Positions 21,035-28,360 of a stretch of DNA of 64,000 nucleotides are shown here, in pieces. The translations under genes and the position numbers were made by a program. Position 1 is the first letter of the stretch. Every line of letters starts with the position of its first letter. The DNA comes from Polyangiales bacterium (GTDB taxonomy: Bacteria; Myxococcota_A; Polyangia; Polyangiales; Ga0077539): contig JAXLYJ010000005.1 of assembly GCA_046351515.1 (NCBI GenBank), positions 120,318 to 184,317 on the forward strand, read 5' to 3'. Below the pieces are notes generated by a model. The model ran no database searches, had not been told where the DNA came from, and saw only the letters and a list, made by a program, of their open reading frames with translations.

Positions 21035-23281
21035 ATGACCCGTCCCGTGCGTGTGCTGCTCTTGTGGCCAGGAACCGACGGCGCCGCCGCCGGCAACTTC
21101 GGCGTCCCGCAGCTCGTGTTGCTCGCGACCTACGCGCGCTCGAAGACTGGCGCCAAGATCGACATTCGCGACATCGAGACCGAGCGCGCGTTCGGCGCCG
21201 TCTCGCTGCCTGCGCTGCTCGCGGGCGATCACGGCAGCGGCTACGACGTCATCGCGCTCGGAGTGTATTCGAGCTTCGATTACTTGAAGTGCGTCGCGCT
21301 CGCCGAAGTGGCGCGGCAGCTCTACCCCGAAGCGGTGATTGTTGCGGGCGGCTATCACGCGAGCGCTCGACCGGGCGACATCGTGTACGACGGCTCTCCG
21401 TTCGACGTGTGCATCGTGGGCGAGGGCGAGAAGCCCTTGGTGACCGTGATCGAATCGGTCGCGGGCGGCGCGCCGTTGCGTGGAGAAATCCTCGGCCCCG
21501 AGCCGGTCGACGTGCTCGACGATCTTCCGCCGAGCGACTGGAGCTTTCTCGCTCGCTACCGGTCCATCGCGCGCAAGGTCAACTCGCAAGCGCAGGTGTA
21601 CTTCTCGCGCGGCTGCCCCTTCGACTGCGCGTTCTGCATGGAGCGCGCGAAGCGCGAGGTCTCGTGGCGCGCGCTGTCCATCGAGCGCGCGGTGCAAGAG
21701 ATCCGCTCGCTGCACGAGTTTCTCGATCTGCGAACGTGGACCGTCTACATCGCCGACGCGCTGTTCGGGATGAAGGTCTCGTGGCGCAGGCAGTTTCTCG
21801 AAGCGCTCGCGCGCGAGGCGATTCCGGTCGACAAGTTCTGGCTGCTCATCCGCGTCGACCTCATCGACGAGGTGGATCTCTCGCTGTTTCACCAGGCCAA
21901 CTGCGGGCTCGGATTCGGGCTCGAGTCCGGCGACCCTGCGCACCTCGCGACCATTCGCAAAGCCGGCCGCCTCGACGAGTACCTCGATCGCATGCGCAAC
22001 GTGTCCGCGTGGGCGAGGGAGCACCAGGTCCCTTGGGGAGCGAACGTGATCGTCGGGCACCCGGGCGAGACGCCCTCGTCGATCGAGCGCAGCGCCGCGT
22101 ATTTGAGCGAGCTGTTTCTCGACCCGAAGGGCGTGACGGGATTTCTCTCGGTCGATCCGTTTCGGCTGTATCCCGGCTCGCCGATCGACTCCGAGCGCGG
22201 ACAGTGGGAGGCACGCTTCGGCTGCGTGTTTCATCGGCCGGACTGGTGGCACGACGGCGATCAAGAGTTTCTCGCCGAGTGGGTCGATCCCTCGCGCGAG
22301 CTGACGTACCTCGAGCGCGCGCGCCTGCAGCACCAACACTTCGGTCCCATCCTCTCGCGCATCGAGGACAACTTCGTCTACCGCGGAAAAGCCCGCGAGT
22401 ACTTCGTTCGCGCCATCCGCGATCAGGTCCGCCAGGACCGCGCGGGCATGCGCATGCACTACCTCGATCGCTACTACGCGTGGCACCGCTACCTCGGTCG
22501 AAGCAGCAAGGGGGACGCGCATCGCCGCGCGGATCGCCACCTCGCGCAGACCGCGCGCGAGCTGCGAGAGCGGCACCGCGCCTCGCTCTTGGAGTACGCG
22601 TCTCGACCGGGCGCCGAGCCATCGCGCGCCGCCGTCGTCGTGAGCGCGGTGCTCGACGCGCGCCGCGAGCTCTTCGTTCCGCTCGATCGCGTGATCGAGA
22701 GCGTGAAGGACGAGCCCGTCGCGCTCGACGCGAGCGGCGAGAGCACGGTGAGCGCGATGCACGCGTACGCTAGGACCTTCGCGCTCGCGGACATCACCGA
22801 GGGCGATCGTGTCTTGGATCTCGGCTCGGGCACCGGCTACGGCTGCGCTGTCCTCCGATCGCTCGTCGGCGAGGACGGAGCCGTGTGGGGCGTCGAGGTG
22901 GACCCCGCGCTCGCCGCGAAAGCGCAGAAAAACTGCGGCGAATTCGCCAACGTCGCCGTGCGCGCGGGCGACGCGATCGACCCCGCGCACTGGGGCGTCG
23001 AGCCCTCGCAGCTCACCAAAGTGTGCGGCGGATTCGCGCTCGAAGACATCCCCGAGGCGTGGTCGGTCCTGCCCGAGGGCTGCGTGATCGTCGCGCCGAT
23101 CGGCGGGTCGGACGAGCAGCGATTGGTGCGCGCGACCAAGCGTGGGCAGCGGTGGTTGCGCGAGCCGTTCGACGCCGTGGTGTACGTGCGTCGACGAACC
23201 TCGGACGAAGTGCAGCCCGCGGTCGCCGCGGCCACGCGCGTCGAGCAGAGCGCGCGCAAGCACCTGCCGATCGCGACGTGA
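21035..23281 (+). CDS. fusion protein: B12-binding domain, radical SAM core and protein-L-isoaspartate O-methyltransferase-like domain
   Basis: 748 aa from ATG 21035. The N-terminal VRVLLLWPG..VIALGVYSS..VIVAGGYHAS resembles a B12-binding Rossmann domain. CPFDCAFC lies at residues 194-201. The C-terminal ~190 aa (RRELFVP..STVSAMHAYARTFALADITEGDRVLDLGSGTGYGCAVL..VWGVEVDP..VIVAPIG) match the PCMT/PIMT pattern. Confidence 0.85.
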   Translation: MTRPVRVLLLWPGTDGAAAGNFGVPQLVLLATYARSKTGAKIDIRDIETERAFGAVSLPALLAGDHGSGYDVIALGVYSSFDYLKCVALAEVARQLYPEAVIVAGGYHASARPGDIVYDGSPFDVCIVGEGEKPLVTVIESVAGGAPLRGEILGPEPVDVLDDLPPSDWSFLARYRSIARKVNSQAQVYFSRGCPFDCAFCMERAKREVSWRALSIERAVQEIRSLHEFLDLRTWTVYIADALFGMKVSWRRQFLEALAREAIPVDKFWLLIRVDLIDEVDLSLFHQANCGLGFGLESGDPAHLATIRKAGRLDEYLDRMRNVSAWAREHQVPWGANVIVGHPGETPSSIERSAAYLSELFLDPKGVTGFLSVDPFRLYPGSPIDSERGQWEARFGCVFHRPDWWHDGDQEFLAEWVDPSRELTYLERARLQHQHFGPILSRIEDNFVYRGKAREYFVRAIRDQVRQDRAGMRMHYLDRYYAWHRYLGRSSKGDAHRRADRHLAQTARELRERHRASLLEYASRPGAEPSRAAVVVSAVLDARRELFVPLDRVIESVKDEPVALDASGESTVSAMHAYARTFALADITEGDRVLDLGSGTGYGCAVLRSLVGEDGAVWGVEVDPALAAKAQKNCGEFANVAVRAGDAIDPAHWGVEPSQLTKVCGGFALEDIPEAWSVLPEGCVIVAPIGGSDEQRLVRATKRGQRWLREPFDAVVYVRRRTSDEVQPAVAAATRVEQSARKHLPIAT

Positions 23282-23293
23282 AAGGGCGCTGGC

Positions 23294-24751
23294 GTGTCGC
23301 AGGACGAGTTCTCGCTGAGTGCGCTGCTCGATGACGAGACCGATGGCGCGCGCGACGGCCTCGTCTTCGAGGGCGAGCGGCTTCGATGGAGCGAGGTCGC
23401 GACGCGCGCCCTGCGGCTCGGAGCCAAGATCGAGCGCGCCAACGGCGGTCGCGCGCGGCGAGTGGCGCTACGCGCGAGCAATCGACTCGAGACCGCGCTC
23501 GCGCTGTACGCGATGTTCGACCGGGGGATCACCGTCGTTCCGCTGCACCCGCGGCTGACGGACGCCGAGGCCGCGGCGCTCGCCGACGACGCCGAGTGCG
23601 CGCTCCGGCTCGACGACGCCTCGCTCGACGCGCTCATTCGAAGCGACGAAGCGCCGCTCGACCCTCGATGGACACACGAAATCAAGATCGACCCCGAGGC
23701 GCCGCTCGCCGTGCTGTACACCTCGGGCACCACCGGTCGGCCCAAGGGCGCGGTGCTCTCGCGCCGCGCGTTCGTCGCCAGCGCCCGCGCGAGCGAGGTG
23801 AACCTGCCGTGGAGCGCGCGGGACCGTTGGCTCTTGTGCCTCCCGCTCTGCCACGTCGGCGGCCTCTCGGTGCTCACGCGGTGCTTGTTCGCGAGGCAAG
23901 GCGTGGTGCTGCAGCGAAAGTTCGACGAGCGCGCGGTGCTCGACGCGATCGAGCGCGAGGGGGTGACGATCGCGAGCTTCGTTCCGACGATGATGCATCG
24001 GCTGCTCGAGGCGGACTCGCGCGGCGCGCTCGCGGCGTTGCGCGCGGCGCTCTTGGGCGGGGCCGCGACGTCGACCGCGCTGCTGCGCGCGTGCGCCGAG
24101 CGCTCGATCCACGCGCGAACGACGTACGGGCTCACCGAAGCGTGCTCGCAAGTGAGCACGCAGGGCGAGCGCGATTGGAGCACGGTCGAGCTCGGCAGCG
24201 GCGCACCGCTCGCGGCGACAGAGCTCTGCGCGCTGCGCGAAGACGGGACTCGGTGCGAGCACGACGAGGTCGGCGCGCTCGTCCTGCGCGGACCGACGCT
24301 CTTCTCGGGCTATCTGCACCACGAGCCTCGGGCGCGCGAGAGCTGGTTTTCGACCGGCGATTTCGGGTTCTTCGACGAGCGAGGACGCCTGCACGTCGTG
24401 GCGCGCAGGACCGACCTGATCGTGACGGGCGGCGAAAACGTCTACCCCCTCGAGGTCGAGCGCGCGCTCGACGGGATCGAAGGCGTGCGCGCCTCACTCG
24501 TGTTCGGCGTCGATGATCCGCGCTGGGGGCAGGTCGTGGCGTGCGCCCTGGTGATCGATGAGCGATTCTGTCCCGACCGTTTCGCGGTGAAATGCGCGGA
24601 GATGCTCGCGCCCCACAAGCGACCGCGGCTGTTCGCGCCGTGCGAGGCGCTGCCGCTGACCGCGGCGAACAAGCCCGATCGGCGCGCGGCGCGAGAGCGG
24701 TTTTCCTCGCAGCTCGAGCCGGTCCGCTATCGCGCATCCCCGAACCGCTGA
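23294..24751 (+). CDS. AMP-dependent synthetase/ligase (o-succinylbenzoate-CoA ligase MenE-like)
   Basis: YTSGTTGRPKGAV, TTYGLTEACSQV, FSTGDFG and GGENVYPLEVE. About 485 aa. GTG start 12 nt after the preceding stop. Confidence 0.8.
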   Translation: MSQDEFSLSALLDDETDGARDGLVFEGERLRWSEVATRALRLGAKIERANGGRARRVALRASNRLETALALYAMFDRGITVVPLHPRLTDAEAAALADDAECALRLDDASLDALIRSDEAPLDPRWTHEIKIDPEAPLAVLYTSGTTGRPKGAVLSRRAFVASARASEVNLPWSARDRWLLCLPLCHVGGLSVLTRCLFARQGVVLQRKFDERAVLDAIEREGVTIASFVPTMMHRLLEADSRGALAALRAALLGGAATSTALLRACAERSIHARTTYGLTEACSQVSTQGERDWSTVELGSGAPLAATELCALREDGTRCEHDEVGALVLRGPTLFSGYLHHEPRARESWFSTGDFGFFDERGRLHVVARRTDLIVTGGENVYPLEVERALDGIEGVRASLVFGVDDPRWGQVVACALVIDERFCPDRFAVKCAEMLAPHKRPRLFAPCEALPLTAANKPDRRAARERFSSQLEPVRYRASPNR

Positions 24752-24790
24752 CGCCCCGATGACGTGATGGTTGATGCAGAGAGCATCAAC
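24731..24790. repeat. short dispersed repeat, copy B (copy A at 1519-1577)
   Basis: Same 18-mer cgcgcatccccgaaccgc, overlapping the last codons and stop of the ligase gene. It is followed by the perfect hairpin gttgatgc-agaga-gcatcaac (24771-24790). Confidence 0.7.
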
Positions 24791-24861
24791 TCGCGCCGCG
24801 CCAGTGGTTCGGCGCCGCGGCGTACAAGCGCTGTGCGCGCCGTGCGATCGAGCAGCGGAGT

Positions 24862-24945
24862 GAGCGGCTACCGAGCTGTGTTGGACAAAGGGGGAGGAAC
24901 CAACAACGGGGAGGGAGGGACGATGGATGCTCTCGGTAGCCGCTC
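24862..24945 (+). other. 14-bp perfect stem enclosing a purine/G-run-rich 56-nt loop (candidate structured RNA or 5' UTR element)
   Basis: gagcggctaccgag (24862-24875) pairs with ctcggtagccgctc (24932-24945). The loop contains GGGGGAGGAACCAACAACGGGGAGGGAGGG and an inner gttgg/ccaac stem. It lies in a 398-nt non-coding gap with locally reduced GC. Confidence 0.4.
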
Positions 24946-25149
24946 GCTTCGTCGCTCGATTTGCAGGGCGAATCGTCGGCGTTGCTTTCACTCTGGCACG
25001 CGCGGGCGAAGCGTCAAGTCGAGAGGGAAGCATTCTGCTCTCTCGATGGGTTACAACGGTGCGCGCGTTCGGTCGTCGTCCGCTGCGAGGGCAGCGATGA
25101 TGGGCGAGCGCGGATCGCAGCGCCTCTCAGACTCTCAAGGAATCTCCTC

Positions 25150-26253
25150 GTGGATCGTCGTCGTATCGCCATCACTCTCGCTCGCGTGCTCGCGCTCGTC
25201 GGGCTCGTGGTCTCCGCGGCGCTCATCATCGAGTACGCGATGCCCGAGCCCACGCTCTGCGGTCCCGGCGGCGGGTGCACCGCCGTCCGCGCGTGCTGGG
25301 AGCAGCGCGTGAAGTGGTTTTCTCTTCCGTGGTTCGGGCTCGTCTCGTTCGGCGCCGCGCTGAGCGCGCTGCTGCTCGTGCCCAAAGACAAGGCGAGCAA
25401 GCTCTTGCCTGCGCTGGGGGCGCTCTCTGCGCTCGGCGGCGCGACGCTGATCGCGCTGCAGCTCGGGATGTGCCACTCGTGGTGCAAGTTCTGTATGGTG
25501 ACGGATTCGAGCGCGATTTTGCTGGGCGCGGCGCTCTTGTTCGGCCGCGACGCGTACGAGCCCGCCTCGCCGACGCAGCGGTGGCTCTTCGGCGGCGGCG
25601 CGGTGCTGACCGCGTGCGTGGCGATGTTGAGCGCGCCCCCTGCGAGCACGGGCGGCGGCGGGACGGGCGGCGATTCGTCGCGCGGACCGCGCGCTCAGTA
25701 CGTCGCGGTCTTGCCGGGGCCGGTCGCGCGCGAGCAGCGCGACGGCGTGGTGACCATCGTCGAGTTCGCTGACTTCGAGTGTCCGTTTTGTCGCAGGCAA
25801 CACGCGGTGCTCTCGTCGGTGATCGAGCGCTATCACGGACGCGTGCGGCTCGTGCGCAAGCAGCTCCCGTTGACGGGGATTCACCCGCACGCCGAAGACG
25901 CGGCGAAGGCCGCGCTGTGCGCAGAGGAGCTCGGTCGCGGCGAAGCGATGGCCGATCGACTCTTTCGCGCGGAGGCAGAGCAGCTCACGGCCGACGGGAC
26001 GACGGCGATCGCGCGCGAGCTCGGCCTGGACGAACGCGCGTTTCGCGAGTGCGTCGCCAACGATCGAACGCGCAGTCACATCGCGAGCGACCGCAACGCC
26101 GCGCACGAGTGCGGCGTGCAGGGGCTGCCGACGATGTTCATCGGGCACGAGCGGTTCGACGGCCTCGTGGACGAAGAGGCGCTTCGCGAGAGCATCGAGC
26201 ACGCGCTGCACCCCGATGCAGGCGCGGGCGTGAGCAGCGCGGACGGGGGCTGA
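25150..26253 (+). CDS. VKOR-domain membrane protein fused to a DsbA-like thioredoxin domain
   Basis: GTG at 25150 is preceded by AAGGAA. The VKOR cysteines CGPGGGC and CKFC sit within four or five TM helices. The C-terminal periplasmic domain has FECPFC plus LPTMFIG. Confidence 0.85.
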   Translation: MDRRRIAITLARVLALVGLVVSAALIIEYAMPEPTLCGPGGGCTAVRACWEQRVKWFSLPWFGLVSFGAALSALLLVPKDKASKLLPALGALSALGGATLIALQLGMCHSWCKFCMVTDSSAILLGAALLFGRDAYEPASPTQRWLFGGGAVLTACVAMLSAPPASTGGGGTGGDSSRGPRAQYVAVLPGPVAREQRDGVVTIVEFADFECPFCRRQHAVLSSVIERYHGRVRLVRKQLPLTGIHPHAEDAAKAALCAEELGRGEAMADRLFRAEAEQLTADGTTAIARELGLDERAFRECVANDRTRSHIASDRNAAHECGVQGLPTMFIGHERFDGLVDEEALRESIEHALHPDAGAGVSSADGG

Positions 26254-26298
26254 GCGGAGGCGCTCGGGCGCTGCGAGGGCGATCGCTCGCCGCGGGGA

Positions 26299-27792
26299 TC
26301 AGCGGTCGGTTGCAGCGAGGGTTCGATCGGATCGCGATCGGCGGCGCGCCACGAGCGCGGCGGCTGCGGCGAGGGTGAGGGCCGCGAGGGGAGCGCGGGA
26401 GCGACCGCGAGCGGGCGTGCTGCACGCGCAGCCGTCGCCGGTGATGAACTGCGATGTGGCTGCGTCGCGAGCGGCGTCGCGGGCGCTGTCGGGCGCGCTC
26501 GCGTCGCTCGCATCGACGACGCCCGAGTCCATCACGACCGGCCGCGCGACGCCCCGGCCGCGCGCGGTGACGTACACCGTCGGGGTGTCGGGGTCCGACG
26601 TGACGAGCGGAACGCGGGTTTCGAACGCGCCCTCGCTGCTCGGCGCAAAGCGCATCTCGACCGCGCGCATCGCTCGAACGGGCACGGCGATGCGCGGCTC
26701 GACCCAGGCGAAGGGCGCGCTGTCGATGTCCGTCGATCGCAGCACGTCGAGCGTGGCGCCGCCGCGATTGTCGATGGTGACCGAGCGCGTCGCGCTCTCG
26801 CCGACGAAGACGTCGCCGAACTCGATGACCGACGGGAGCGGCGCGATGTCGGGCAGCTCGAAGCGCACGCGCTGCGGGTCGAAGAGCCACGGCCGCGCAG
26901 GGGTGTTGATGGGCACGGGAACATCGACGATGGGGATGTCCCAGCGACGGCCGAGCAACGAGACGTAGAGCGACGGCGTGACGGTGATCGTGACGCTCTG
27001 ATCGACCAGGCCTTCGAGCCGCGGAGCGAGCTCGACGAACGGGCCGCCTTCGAAGGGGAGGGTGATGCGCTCGACGCTCTCGGTGATGGCGTCGGGGGCG
27101 GGCGCGAAGGAGATGCGCGTCGAGCGGTAGCCGGTCTCGAGCGAGGCCGAGGCGGCGAAGCTGAGCCCGCCGGAGATTCCTGGGATGGGGATGAGCGAGT
27201 CGGTGAGCGAGACGTCGGCGATGCGCTGACGCATGGTGCTGCCGCGGACGCTCGTGCGCGCCCAGCCCCAAGGGTCGAAGTTGCCGCGCGCGGTCGAGCG
27301 AAAGTCCACCTGCGGAACGAAGGGGATGTTTCCTTCCCAATCGTAGGTCGTCGCGCCGATCACGAGGTGCAGTCGGACGCTCGAGCGAAAGACGATCCCG
27401 TAGTCCGACTCGATCGAGGCGCTCTGCGCCGGTCCTGGCGGCGCGGCGACGGACATCGCGCGAGGCCACGAAGCAGCGAGCGATCCTCCCGCGCGAATCT
27501 CCGTGTGCCCGACGAACGCCGCTCGAAGCCGCACTTGCACGGGCGATCCGGCGGGGATCCACGACGTGTCGTAGTCGAACTCGACCGGCAGCCCCTCGCG
27601 CTTGACGAACTGAATCGGCGCGACCTGACAGCCGAGCGCGCTCGCGACGCACGCTCTCGCAGGGATCGCCGCGTCTGCTCCCGCGTCGGCTCCCGCGTCC
27701 TGCGCAGCCGCGCTCTGCGCGACGCACAGAGTGCCCACCAGCGTGAGCGCGGTGATCGCGCCTCGCAGCGAAGAAAGCGACGCAACGTGCAT
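26299..27792 (-). CDS. secreted protein with a MYXO-CTERM-type C-terminal sorting tail
   Basis: Signal peptide MHVASLSSLRGAITALTLVGTLCVAQSAAAQ. The C-terminus GDGCACSTPARGRSRAPLAALTLAAAAALVARRRS has the layout Gly/Cys motif, TM helix, basic tail. Confidence 0.7.
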   Translation of the reverse strand: MHVASLSSLRGAITALTLVGTLCVAQSAAAQDAGADAGADAAIPARACVASALGCQVAPIQFVKREGLPVEFDYDTSWIPAGSPVQVRLRAAFVGHTEIRAGGSLAASWPRAMSVAAPPGPAQSASIESDYGIVFRSSVRLHLVIGATTYDWEGNIPFVPQVDFRSTARGNFDPWGWARTSVRGSTMRQRIADVSLTDSLIPIPGISGGLSFAASASLETGYRSTRISFAPAPDAITESVERITLPFEGGPFVELAPRLEGLVDQSVTITVTPSLYVSLLGRRWDIPIVDVPVPINTPARPWLFDPQRVRFELPDIAPLPSVIEFGDVFVGESATRSVTIDNRGGATLDVLRSTDIDSAPFAWVEPRIAVPVRAMRAVEMRFAPSSEGAFETRVPLVTSDPDTPTVYVTARGRGVARPVVMDSGVVDASDASAPDSARDAARDAATSQFITGDGCACSTPARGRSRAPLAALTLAAAAALVARRRSRSDRTLAATDR

Positions 27793-27830
27793 GGGCTCGA
27801 CGCTACCAGAAGAGCCGCGCGCTTCGCCGA

Positions 27831-28241
27831 CTACAGCTCTGCCGCGCGCTCGTCGAACCACGCGAGCACCGCGGACAGGTCGCGATGCTTGTCGAACACG
27901 GGCCCGAGGTGCGCGAGCTGTCGCGCCCGCTCGTCGCTCTTCTCAGCGGTGAAGAACGCGATTTTCACCGACGAAATCGCCGCTCGAAGCCGCTCGGCCA
28001 CCGCGGGCCCGTCGACCGCTCCGCCCAGGTCGACGTCGAGCAGGACCGCGTGCAGGGGAGGATCCGCGCCCATTCGGCCAACAAACAAGTCGAGGTCGCT
28101 GAAGCACTCGACCAAGACCCCTCGCAACCCCGCTTGTTTGCGTACCTGACGAAGCGCGACGACGCTGTCATCGAGGTACGCCAATCCGCTGCGAATCTGC
28201 AGTTCGGAGGGCGTGATGGTCGAGTCGTCGGCAGCGGACAT
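27831..28241 (-). CDS. single-domain response regulator (receiver only)
   Basis: YLDDS..VLLDVDL..FFTAE..FDK matches the spacing of REC acidic-pocket, phospho-acceptor, Thr and Lys positions. The start is uncertain (ATG 28241 vs 28355). Confidence 0.6.
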   Translation of the reverse strand: MSAADDSTITPSELQIRSGLAYLDDSVVALRQVRKQAGLRGVLVECFSDLDLFVGRMGADPPLHAVLLDVDLGGAVDGPAVAERLRAAISSVKIAFFTAEKSDERARQLAHLGPVFDKHRDLSAVLAWFDERAAEL

Positions 28242-28360
28242 CGGAGTCGGTGAGATTGTTGTCCGAATCGCCTCGTTGTCGACGCGAAAAAACAGCAGCC
28301 GCCTCGATCCCTCGTTTGTGTGATGGCTGACGTTTGCGGTATCGGCCATCGCCACGAACC

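Noticed and set aside
21020-23263. 747-codon minus-strand ORF
   Set aside because: It is antisense to the B12/radical SAM/methyltransferase gene, which carries CPFDCAFC and a GxGxG SAM motif in the plus frame.
24880-24925. Purine-rich GGAGG/GGGAGGG tract considered as part of RNase P RNA or another housekeeping RNA
   Set aside because: The universally conserved RNase P segments (e.g. AAAGUCCGGGC) are absent, as are SRP and tmRNA signatures. It is kept only as an unclassified structured element.
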